A DNA stretch of 63,700 nt, the filler included, from Trichosphaerium sp. ATCC 40318 (taxonomy: Eukaryota > Protista > Tubulinea), in the NCBI GenBank assembly GCA_038496445.1. It is 3 parts of 3 records of this genome, joined end to end, with 100 filler letters (N's around TTAATTAATTAA, not from the genome) between each part and the next. Parts side by side here need not be neighbours in the genome. Positions count along the whole stretch, not along the records: positions 50,391 to 63,700 come from JALMLS010000246.1; 2 more parts are not named here. One strand, 5' to 3'. The translations under genes and the position numbers were made by a program. This document shows positions 50,391-61,749 of the stretch, one piece after another. Under the pieces are notes generated by a model. It searched no databases, was not told the origin of the DNA, and was given only the letters and a program-made list of their open reading frames with translations. Each line of letters opens with the position of its first letter. The first letter of the stretch is position 1.

Positions 50391-53300
50391 AGTAGATAGG
50401 CCAGAGATAATTTCGATAGTGCTACACAAGGTGCACTTACAGTTCAAAAATTTTATCACAAGATGTTACAATTGGCAAGGATTGCAAACATAAATTTGAC
50501 GGCAGCTGCAAATGTTCGTTGGTTTATTCAAGTATTTAGAAAAGGATTAAACCAAAAAATTCGTTCTATGATAGATCACAAAGACTTCAATACAATTGAG
50601 GGGATATTACATGTTGCAAAAATGAAGAAAAAGAAACTGAAGAATACCGATTTCAACACTGTGAATGCTTTACAATCTACAAACATTGCAGAATTGTTGG
50701 TTGCTGCTATTCAAGGTGAATACAAGAAACAACAATACAAAGATAGAAGAAGATGTTATTATTTGTGGTAAGCCTAACCACTTGGCGAAGGATTGTTATC
50801 ATAACAAAAAGAAGACACAAAAATCATCAAAAAGGTTTCAAGGAAAATGCAATTATTGTAATATTCCAAGACATAAGGAAGCAACATGTTATAAGAAGCA
50901 TCCTGATATGAGGCCTAAATGATCACAACACAAAAAACTAAATCAGCGCTTCGATTGAAGAAAATGGGCTCAAGTCATGTGGAAACGTTTCAAAACACGT
51001 GACACCTCAAACTGCACCTTCACAGACATCTGGGGTACCTACGAACGCTATTTCCATTTCAGTAACTACTTTTGAACAGAACTTACCAAAAAACGCATCA
51101 GCTTGGCACTGCTATGCTAAACATGGACCCATACATCAAAACTTTGTGTGATATGGGTCCCCCTGTTAGTTTAATTAATTTGATTTAGTCAAGACGTTAG
51201 GTTATTTAAAGCATTAACCTTTTAACTTACCTATTTTTGCTGCTAACAAACAAAAACTTAAGGTTGCTGGAGTTGTAGAATTGGCTTTTGACAATGACAT
51301 AATATTCTCACCTTCCTTTTCAGTGACAAAGGATATTCCACATGAAATTATTTTAGGTACTGATACGATAAGTGCATTGGGAGGAAATCTAAACATTGAC
51401 AAACGAGTTTGGACACTGTGCAGTGGTTTTAAAGTTGCTCTATTCGACGAAGAAGATAGACACACTCGCTTTGTTTATGCACCACAGGCCTGGTATCAAA
51501 TGTCAAGCATAGAATAGATATCCTGGAAGGCACCAAACCAGTTCATATGATGCCGTATAGAGTTTCACAACAGGATGCTAAAAGTATTAAGGAACAGTTA
51601 GAAAGCATGCTAAAGAATGAAGTTATTACGCCTTCCAAGTCAGAGTGGGCCAGCTCTGTGGTATTGCTTAACAAAAATGATGGTACTAGCGGGTTCAGTG
51701 ATATTTTCAAAGGTAGATGGAAGAAGTGGATATTGGCAGATCGAAAATCACAAGGAGAGTATTGATAAGACTGCATTTACAACAAAAAGAAGGACTTTTT
51801 GAGTTTCTCAGGATGCCATTTGGATTGGCAAACGCACCAGCAACTTTTCAAAGATTTATGGATGTCTTACTGTCTGGACTCCGTTGGCAGTGTTGGTTTA
51901 TTTGGATGATGTTATTATATTTTCAAGAACTGGTTATCAGTTAAAAGCATCTAAGTGCGAATTTGGTTTGGACAAGATAGAATATCTTGGTCATATTGTG
52001 GGTAGGCACGGGATAAAGCCTAACCCAAAATCAGTAGAATCAATTATGAAGATGCGTGATATCATATTGGAGCAAGACATATTCAAAAGCAGAAAAAAAG
52101 TACCCAACATATTATCAAGAACTATTAGCAGTAGTACGTGGTGCTATGCACTACAGACATTTCTTACAAAATGGTTATTGGATTTACAACAATTCTCGTT
52201 TCAGGTAATACATCAGGCTGGTAAAGATCATACAAATGCAGACGCTCTTACAAGATCTCCATTTTATGCCTGCCCTACAGTTATACAACAGAAGCTCACA
52301 TAGAAGAAACACCGACTACAGGACCCTCAGGAAAGACAAATTACGAATACACCATTGGCTGTGCTGTTAAATATGCAAGCACATGATAATTATTGTTCAA
52401 AGAAGATATTTGCACTCTCAAATGAAACACTGACTCATGGACGATTTACATTAAACCCAGATGGAATATTGGTTATATTAAGGCAGAATATTGCTTTACC
52501 AATTATAACAAGACTCATTTTGATAGATAACCCCAAAGATTGGCTCATTGTTGTACCTGATTTACGCTCAAATGTGTTGTATGCAGTACATGATGATATT
52601 ACCTCTGCTCACCTTGGGATTAAAAAAACATATAAGAAGTTATTACAACGATTTTGGTGGCCTCATATGCTAGACGATACTAAAGATTGGATTAACTCGT
52701 GCCCTCAATGTCAAAAAGGCAAGAAAAGACGACAAAAACCTCATGGAAAACCTGGACAATTTATGATTTTTTCAGAACCTTTTGAACAAATTGCCGTGGA
52801 TATATTAGAGCCCTTACACAAGACAGATAATGGAAACACACACATTGTGGTATTCAAGATTACATGACAAAATATAAAGAAGTGATTGCAGTGTGACACA
52901 TCAGCGAGACACATTGCTCACCTTTATGTTGATGAAATTATTTGCAGACATGGAACACCTGGATCAATACTTTCAGATAGAGGAAAGAATTTAAACCTTT
53001 CAAAGATTATTTCAGAAGTAAACGATTTATTGGATGTGGAAAGAAGATTAACATCACGTTATCACCCTCAAACAGATGGAATGGTAGAAAGAATGAATTC
53101 AACATTACTTTCAATGATCATGACACTTAAGGATGAACACAGAAATAATTGGGATGTATATTTACCTCAGCTGTTGTTTGCTTACCAAACAGCTGCACAT
53201 GAATCAACAGGACAAACACCTTTTAAATTGGTATATGGACGTGATGCAAGATTTCCAATTGATTTAAATTTCAAAACTGGATTAACAAGGACGTCACTTA

Positions 53301-53764
53301 AAGCTACAACAATCAGAGGACAGTACTATGAACGATTTAAACAAACACGAGATTTGGCTAGACAAACACAAAAGAAGAAAACAAAGAAGATGGAAAAAGA
53401 TTACAAGAACAGAAGAGACATTTATGGTTGGAGACGAAGTTTTATTGCTACACAAAAGTTACAAAACAAAATATGAAGAACCTTTTTTTTTTAGAATAAG
53501 AGGCAGCGCGCTAGCGCCTACTTTATTACATATGGTTTTGTTACAGGTTTGTTTGTATTTACATTGTATAAAATAAATTTATTGTGCAATAAGGTCCTTC
53601 TCAACAGTTTACCGATGTATTGACATAAATAGAATTATTAGAAGCAAGTAATATGATATAATAAAAGAAGAAGAAGGGGGTGTCAGGCTCTGTACATGCC
53701 TAGACTTAATCATGTAGTTAGTACTTAATATAGTTTACGTTCGTTACCTGTTCGTAACCTCACA
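50391..53764 (+). mobile_element. Degenerate Ty3/Gypsy element (different family from 31050), with PPT and a short putative 3' LTR
   Basis: Frameshifted gag with two knuckles (CGKPNHLAKDC, CNYCNIPRHKEATC), IILGTD, MPFGLANAPATFQRFM, YLDD, NADALTR, integrase HLGIKKTY..CPQCQ, SDRG and HPQTDGMVERMN; purine tract at about 53663-53680, then TGTCAGG...CCTCACA (53681-53764). Confidence 0.88.
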
Positions 53765-54599
53765 GTGGACGACACAACCAGGATTTGAACCTGCAAAGTA
53801 ACAGCAGAGACCCATAGAACCCAAAAAGAACTACGGACAGAACAAAATCCTAAAACAAATCTTATTAATTTCTCCTGGGACGGTACAAACGGCGTATCCT
53901 TTCAGCTCTTGATAGGTAGAATTTAAAGCGCGACCGTCAACACGTCACCACAAAAACAAAGATTTCACAAGATTGGTTTCAAAACAACTAAATCCGATCA
54001 GTATCCGCCGAAAAAGAAAAAAAAACAGTAAAATCTCAATAGACCTGGTTCTCTTGTTTAAAAAAATAGACTGGTTCCCAAAGAGTGGATAAACAACTGG
54101 GCGGCATCCAACCGCAGTAACCTTCGGGACAACCGTGCGTGGCAACGTATCAACAGATCACCATTTTGGCTTCAGATCCCCAGCGTCACGCAAGTGAGTA
54201 AAACAGGCCAGCAAAGCAAGAGATGGCACCTAGGCGCATAAAATAGAGTGATAGTAAACATTGGTATACCACAGGTAATCGGGGAATATCTCTGTGCGCT
54301 GAATAGTCGCCAGTCTTAGTAATTGGTCTAAAACTTGTCTAAACCTGCTCTCCACACCCAGGCGACTATGTTAACTGGTCCATAGCGCTCCTATTTTCGT
54401 ACACACGAACAAATTTGAGCAGCATCCGCAGCGTTTTTTTCGTGTTCACAGAAACCATATTTTATTTTCGGACAATGTTACACGTCCAACACACTTTCCA
54501 TATTGGGTACCCATGTACAAAGTGCTCCAACGAGTATGTAAATATACAATTACACTTAAAACAATACATAAATACACCCATCCTCGGCATCATCTTAAT

Positions 54600-57500
54600 T
54601 AGCATGTCAAAATTGCTTCTTTAGCCATAAAAATAGTGCCTTGTAAAAGCCTTGGAGCTTCTTTGGATGCAGTAGGCGTCTTTGGTGTAGTCTATTTAGT
54701 TGAAGCCAAGCATCAGTTGTAGATGCATCTGTACAAGGTACCTCAGCAGTTGATGAAGCACTTGAAGGTACTATTGTAGTTGCCTCCGTAAATAAAGTTA
54801 GTTCTAGAAAGTAAAGTAGGAAGTACCATTTATTGAGCCTTTGTAGTTGGAGATTTAGTAGGAGCTTCAGTTGTAGGAGCATCTGTAATTGGTGCTACTG
54901 TGGTTGGCACATCTGTTGTTGGAGCTTCGGTTGTTGGTTCTAATACTGTTAAGTTGAAAAAGATGATAGTATTGTCCAATTAATCACTCAAGTACCATTG
55001 TAGTTGAGGCTTCCGTTGTAAGAGCTACTATAGTTGGTGCTCACTTGTAGGAGCTTCAGTTGTTGGAACCTCTGTGTTCGGTGCCTCCGTTGTTGGCGCA
55101 GCAGTTGTAGGAACCTCTGTGGTTGGAGCCTCTGTTGTTGGCACATCAGTTGTAGGCGATTCTGTAGTTGGTGCATCTACAAAGAAAGTTAGTTGCTTTA
55201 GAAAGTAACATACAAAGTACCACTTGTTGGTGCTACAGTTGTAGGTGCTTCAGTCTTTGGAGCTTCAGTCATAGGCGCATCTGTTGTAGGTGGTTCAGTT
55301 GTTGGAGCCTCAGTAGTTGGCGATTCTGTGGTTGGAGCATCTGTATTTGGTGCTATGGTTGTTGGTGCTTCAGTAGTAGGTGCATCTGTGGTTGGAGCTT
55401 CAGTTGTTGGCACTTCAATTGTTGGTGCTACAGTTGTAGGAGTCTCTGTAGTTGGTGCTTCAGTAGTTGGAGCGTCAGTAGTAGGTGTTTCAGTTGTAGG
55501 AGCATCAGTAGTTGGAGTATCAGCAGTTGGTGCTTCAGTCGTTGGAGGTTCCGTAGTTGGAGCGTTAGTTGTAGGAGCCTCTGTAGTTGGAGCGTCAGTT
55601 GTAGGAGCTACAGTTGTAGGGGTTGCAGTGGTAGGAGCTTCAGTTGTTGGTGCTGCTGTTGTAGGATTAGCTGTAGTTGGTGACTCTGTTGTTGGTGCAT
55701 CAGTTGTAGGCGATTCTGTAGTAGGGGCTTCAGTAGTTGGTGCTTCGGTTGTTGGCGCAACAGTTGTAGGTGCATCCGTGGTAGGAGCAGCAGTAGTTGG
55801 AGCTTCAGTAGTTGGGGCTTAGGTGGTTGGCGCTTCAGTTGTTGGAGCTTCAGTTGTTGGTGCTTCTGTAGTTGGTGCCTCCGTTGTTGGTGGTTCTGTC
55901 GTAGGCGCTTCAGTTGTACGAGCATCTGTAGTTGGTGCATCTACAAAGAAAGTTAGTTGCTTTAGAAAGTAAAATACAAAGTACCACTTGTTGGTGCTAC
56001 AGTTGTCGGTGCTTCTGTAGTTGGAGCCTCAGTCGTTGGTGCTTCTGTTGTTGGAGCTTCAGTTGTTGGGGCTTCTGTTGTTGGAGCATCTGTCATTGGT
56101 GCATCAGTTGTTGGTGCATCTGTAGTAGGCGCTACAGTGGTTGGAGCCTCAGTTGTTGGAGCCTCAGTTGTTGGTGCATCTGTGGTTGGAGCTTCAGTCG
56201 TAGGAGCTACTGTAGTTGGTACCTCAGTCGTGGGAACCTCCATAGTAGGCGCCAATGTAGTAGGTGCTACAGTTGTAGGAGCTTCAGTGGTAGGGGCTTC
56301 AGTGGTAGGCGCTACAGTTGTAGGTGCTTCAGTTGTTGGTGCATCAGTTGTTGGAGCCTCAGTAGTTGGCGCCAATTGGAACTTGGGTTGTAGGTGCATC
56401 TGTGGTAGGAGCAGCAGTAGTTGGAGCTTCAGTAGTTGGGGCTTCGATTGTTGGTGCATCCGTTGTTGGTGCCTCAGTTGTAGGCGCCTCTGTGGTAGGA
56501 GCTTCGGTTGTAGGAGCTCCTGTAGTTGGAGCCTCCATAGTAGGGGCTTCAGGCTTCAGTGGTAGGTGCCTCAGTAGTTGTAGCGTCAGTAGTAGGTGCT
56601 ACAGTTGTAGGGGTTGCAGTGGTAGGAGCCTCAGTTGTTGGAGCATCAGTGGTAGGGGTTGCAGTTGTTGGCGCTTCTGTGCTTTGTGTAGTTGGTGCAT
56701 CTATTACTGTTAGATGGAAAAAGATAACAATATAAATCAAGTACCAGTTGTTGGTGCCTCAGTAGTTGGAGTTTCAGTTGTAGGTGCTTCTGTAGTTGGT
56801 GGAGGCGTCATTGGTGGCATTGTAGTTGGATGCTGTGTTGTTGGCGCTTCTGTTGTTGGCGCAGCAGTTGTAGGAACCTCTGTGGTTGGAGCCTCCATTG
56901 TTGGCGCTACAGTTGTAGGTGCTTCTGTAGTTGGAGCATCAGTAGTTGGAGCCTCAGTTGTTGGTGTCTCTGTGGTAGGCGCCACAGTAGTTGGCGCTTC
57001 TGTAGTTGGTGGAGATGTCATTGGTGGCATTGTAGTTGGATGCTGTGTTGTTGGTGCCTCGGTAGTTGGAGGTTCCGTAGTAGGTGCCTCTGTAGTAGGC
57101 GCTACAGTGGTGGGAGCCTCTGTAGTTGGTGCTTCAGGTGTTGGTGCCTCTGTAGTAGGCGGTACAGTGGTTGGAGCCTCTGTAGTTGGTACTTCTGTTG
57201 TTGGCACTTCTGTTGTTGGTGCTTCAGTAGCAGGCGCCAATGAAGTTGGAGCTTCAGTTGTAGGAGCCTCAGTAGTTGGTGCTTCTGTCGTTGGCGCTTC
57301 GGTGGTAGGTGCATCTGTAGTAGGCGCTACAGTGGTGGGAGCCTCTGTAGTTGGTGCTTCAGGTGTTGGTGCCTCTGTAGTAGGCGCTACAGTGGTTGGA
57401 ATCTCTGTTGTTGGTGCCTCCGTCGTTGGAGCTTCAGTGGTAGGAGCCTCTGTCGTTGGAGCTTCGGTTGTAGGCGCATCCGTGGTAGGAGCTTCAGTCG

Positions 57501-59417
57501 TTGGTGCCTCTGTGGTAGGTGCATCTGTAGTTTGAGCCTCTGTCGTTGGTGCTTCTGTAGTAGGCGCTACAGTTGTAGGAGCCTCAGTCGTTGGGGCTTC
57601 GGTGGTTGGTGCATCTGTAGTAGGTGTTACTGTGGTTGGCGCAGCTTTTGTTGGCCCCTTGGTTGTTGGAGTGCCAGTAGTTGGCGCTTTCGCTGTAGCC
57701 TCTGCTGTCAGTGCATCAGAGGTTGGAGCATCTATAGTTTATTGTCTCAGTCGTTGGTGCGTCTGTAGTAGGTACCACAGTGGTAGGAGCATCAGTTATA
57801 AGGACCTTAGTGGTTGGTGCTTTTGTTGTTGGAGCTTCAGTCGTAGGTACATTGGTGGTTGGAGCTGGGTTTTGATGATAGGAGCATCTGTAGTTGAAGC
57901 TGTTGTTAGCAGTTCTATTGTTGGAGTACTTGCAGTAGGAGCATCAGTTGTTGGTGTGGCTGTGGTAGGGGCTGCAGTTGTAGGTGTAGTTGGCGCATCT
58001 ATCACAGTTAGAAAGAAAGCTAAAAAATATCAAGCAAGTACCAGTTAGGTGCATCTGTTGTTGTGCGCAGCAATAGTTGGAGCATTCATTGTTTGTGTTT
58101 ACTGTTGCTTCAAGAAGCCACTTGTGATTGCCATTTTTGTTTCTTTCTGCTTCTGTCGCTGTTTGTTTGTTCAATATTTGAACAATTTGAACACCTGCAT
58201 TTGGCCCTAAAGATTCTATATTCCATGGCAATTCCATTTGATTTTGGGAAGTAAATGCCAACTCAACACTATTGCCAGACACATCTGATTGAATACTCCC
58301 GTCACTATCAGCGTCACTATCAGCGTCACTGAAGATATAGTCACTGTTTGATGTTAGTAAGCAATGGAACAACATTTACATACCTGAAACTGTCACTTTC
58401 ACCTATCAGGTCAATTTGTACAGTTCTTTACATGATACAGTGTTGTGATCCTTTGTAGACAACACCTGTATTTTCCACATATTATTGTGGGCCCTAGAGG
58501 CATTCCCTTTCAATGTGTTAGTTAAAGGCTTTGAATATAGCGTACAAGGATTAGATTCCACAGGAAGTGATGTTATACAATCAATAAACCACCAAGCTCC
58601 ATTGTTATTCACATATGTTGTGAAATGTGGATGCGGTTTAGGCTGCCACATCAAAATGTAAGCTGCCTCCCAAGTTCTGCTTATGTAAGTGCAAACGCTA
58701 ACTGTCTTTACATACCTTCCATGGAGTTTAAAGTCTTAGGTAATTTGGCCATGTCCTGAACAACATTGCGATTTGGATACACAGTAATCAAAGCCGGTAA
58801 TGTCACACTCTTTATCAAATTAGGTTGTTTTCAAAATAATATAAAGTTACATACCTCAACAGCCTTAAACCCTCCCTCACTGCAAGTCAGACAGTTGTTT
58901 GAAACTGAAAGACGTTTAATCAGCCAGTTGAATATTTTTGCTTCAATATCTTGCTCTCCAAAAATACACAACTGATGTGACACTCTGTAATCTGGATGTG
59001 TCAGAAGCATGGATGGCAATAGTTTATTATGCTCACCTTCACATTTGCAACCACTGTTATAGTTAGCGAATGCATGAAATGAAACACAAACACTTCTAAC
59101 ATAGCTGGAATTTCACGGACACTAAAATCAGGGCTATATTTTCCACAGCGATACTCCTCATAGTTATGTTCTATTTCCTTCCTCCTCTTTGGATATTTTG
59201 TGTAGCAACGCTGTAAAAACAACTGAATAAATGTGTTTCTACTTCCATCTATGTTGTTAGATGTGAGTACTGTCGGGTTGTTGGGAATCACCTAAACTAT
59301 ATTAGTACTTGTATAGAACAACACATGCAAATATCACTAACAGACTGTAAACCAGTGAAAACAGCATCCCAGGGACAGCTGTGATTATTCCAACATGTGT
59401 GGGGTTTCAAGGTTCCC
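54600..59417 (-). CDS. USP/USPL1-like cysteine protease domain followed by a long Thr-rich (TTEAP)n mucin-like region; multi-exon, possibly disrupted
   Basis: TCWNNHSCPWDAVFTGL (Cys box), NNCLTC and HPHFTTYVNNNGAWWFIDC (His/Asp box); more than 100 TxAPT units between about 54850 and 58000; duplicated intron at about 55178 and 55941; several stops and frameshifts; no clear ATG. Confidence 0.55.
54850..58000 (-). repeat. 15-bp coding minisatellite (ACAACTGAAGCTCC-like; TTEAP)
   Basis: Directly visible; the + strand reads (VGASV)n as an antisense artefact. Confidence 0.95.
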
Positions 59418-59536
59418 TACGACTACTTTAGAATGTTTGGGTTTCTTCAAACAGAAAATCACGTGATCGAAAAAAAAAGAGTTCTAGCCACGACAAGAGC
59501 TTGTCTTGCTGCGCACAGATATCAAATCTACACTAT

Positions 59537-60707
59537 GGAGATGTACAGAATGAAATGAATTGATTCCGAAAAAACAAAAATGTTCGAAAAAAACACGAAA
59601 TATTCTGAAACATTCCGTGTTTTTACTGGTAAGTAGATTGCCCTGAACAACCACATCTTAACACAGTTGAAGCAAGAACTTTTGGTTGGTTTCCAAGAGC
59701 ATTGCAGTGAGCAGCTGTTCTTGTTCCAAAAAGTGACATAGAAAGAATGAGAAGTGTCACTGAGACATAGTACAATCAGTGGTTCCTGATACGGTGATTT
59801 GACTTTGTTTCATTTAGCGTTGTATACACGACTTTCGTAGTTTCTGTGTATTGGAAGTGCTTTGCTTGTGCTACAGCAACTCAAGATGGTTTTCCGTGCA
59901 TAACGAGCACTTTCCAAGCGATTCAAAAGTGATTTGAAAGCGCTTTCTTTTCACTTCATAACGCCTTGGTAGAAACGCTCTAGAATCATTTGGAAAGCGG
60001 TTTGAAAGTGATTTGAAAGTGATTGCAAAGTGATTGCTAAGCGCTTTTTTTCCTCAAAGCATCAGTATTGGTTGTAATACATCTGAGGTGCACTTGCAAA
60101 ATAACAAAATTGCAAAAGGTGCACCTACAACATCAAGAGATAAAAAAACTCATGTAGAAATCGCTTTGGAATCACTTTCAAATCACTTTCAAACCGCTTT
60201 CCAAGTGATTCTAAGGTGTTTCTACCAAGCGATTAGGAAGCGAAAATAAAGCACTTTCAAATCAGTTTCGTATCACTTCCAAAGTGATTGTTTTGCACAA
60301 AAACCATCTTGAGTTGCTGTAGCACAAACAAGGAGCACTTCCAACACACAAAAACTACGAAAGTTGCGTGTACAATGTTAAGTGAAAAAAACTTCTCCAC
60401 AAAACCTATCAGGAGTACCAGTGATTTTACTATCTCAATGACATTTCTTGTTCTTTAGACAACTTCGCAAAATAGTCGCAGTACTGACTCAGATTATCAT
60501 GATTGCAAAAAGCTGTTATCAACTTCACTTTTTTGTTACAAACTGCACTGCAATGCTCTTATAAACTTCCTACTAAAAGACCTTGCTTCAACTATATGAG
60601 ATATGGTTTGGAGATGGTAAAAACACGTAATGTTTCGGAATATTTCGTTTTTTTTCGGAACATTTCGTGTTTTTTCGGAATCAATTCATTTCATTCTGTA
60701 CATCTCC
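59537..60707. mobile_element. 1.17-kb non-autonomous foldback/MULE-like element (arms ~500 bp)
   Basis: GGAGATGTACAGAATGAAATGAATTGATTCCG... at 59537 mirrors ...CGGAATCAATTCATTTCATTCTGTACATCTCC ending at 60707; inner arms 59834-60035 mirror 60159-60361; no clean TSD. Confidence 0.82.
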
Positions 60708-61093
60708 TACGCACACCATTTGCGTATGCTTCTTCTATTTACCTATGTTGGGTGAAAAAACTATCGCAAATAAACACAACAGCACTATTAACGCCTGGTA
60801 GGTACTTTTAAAGCAGGTTGACGCTGTAATTTATTATAGCTGTATTAAAACGTACCGTAAGTATCGTAGCGTGCGCTCATTGCCAAAGATGTAATAATTT
60901 CGTTCCCGTGGTCTTGTGCAAGAATTATGTTATTTACTCTACAGTCAAAAAAATATGAGTTTTTGGAATTTTTACAGAAAACCCTACAACACAATGTGGC
61001 CATCTGTTTAACCTCAAACCATTCTGTATAGCATCACATTGTGTAAAAATATTCATTGAGACAGTGTAGGGCTCATAAAAAGGACTTGTAGCC

Positions 61094-61365
61094 TATTCAG
61101 CACACAGAGATATTGGGCAACGTATACCGCCTCCCGGCCTGAAACAAATTAAACAACAGTGAAAAAATGCACTGATAGCTTTCATAGCACAAATTTACAA
61201 CGACTCACTTCTGAATGATATTCTAAAGAGAAAAAAAAAAAACAAAAAAACCCATTTACAGAAAAACTCTGGTATGAGTCGCAAAGACGATTCACTGCTA
61301 ATGGCGACACAATTCAAACAAAAAAAAACACATAGTTAGTACTTAATATCTCTATGCGCTGAATA
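61094..61365. mobile_element. ~270-bp MITE-like element with 21-bp inverted ends
   Basis: TATTCAGCACACAGAGATATT (61094) and AATATCTCTATGCGCTGAATA (61345) pair at 19/21; a third copy of the end lies at 54285. Confidence 0.55.
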
Positions 61366-61749
61366 AGCCCAGCTCACTGAAATGAAGTAAAACCGTTCAG
61401 AAACAACTCCGCTGTTCTTTTATAGTGCTGCCGTGCTGTTTTTGGCGGTGCTGAAAATGCAAAAAATATGCATCCAAATGCGCATGGATGTTAGCCTTTT
61501 TTTACATTTGCAAAAAAAGCAAAAAGCTGTGTTATCTCGCCAAATGTTACCTCAAATCACACATAGGCTATTTTACAGTTGATACAAACCATGAAAGTAC
61601 ATAACACTTTTAGACAACTCCTCAGTACAGCTCACAAAACAAGTAAAGAAGTTAAATACAATAGCGTTCTACCTAAAACAAATAGTTAGGTGTAACCCGC
61701 CTTCCTCAGTTACACAAAATGCTTCTCCTATACTACAGAAGCCCCAAAT

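Noticed and set aside
53766-53820. Functional tRNA gene
   Set aside because: Only a 3'-half-like segment; no D-arm or matching 5' acceptor strand.
55168-58048. Plus-strand (VGASV)n and Cys/Ser/Trp-rich ORFs
   Set aside because: Antisense or alternate-frame shadows of the TTEAP repeat; splice sites support the minus strand.
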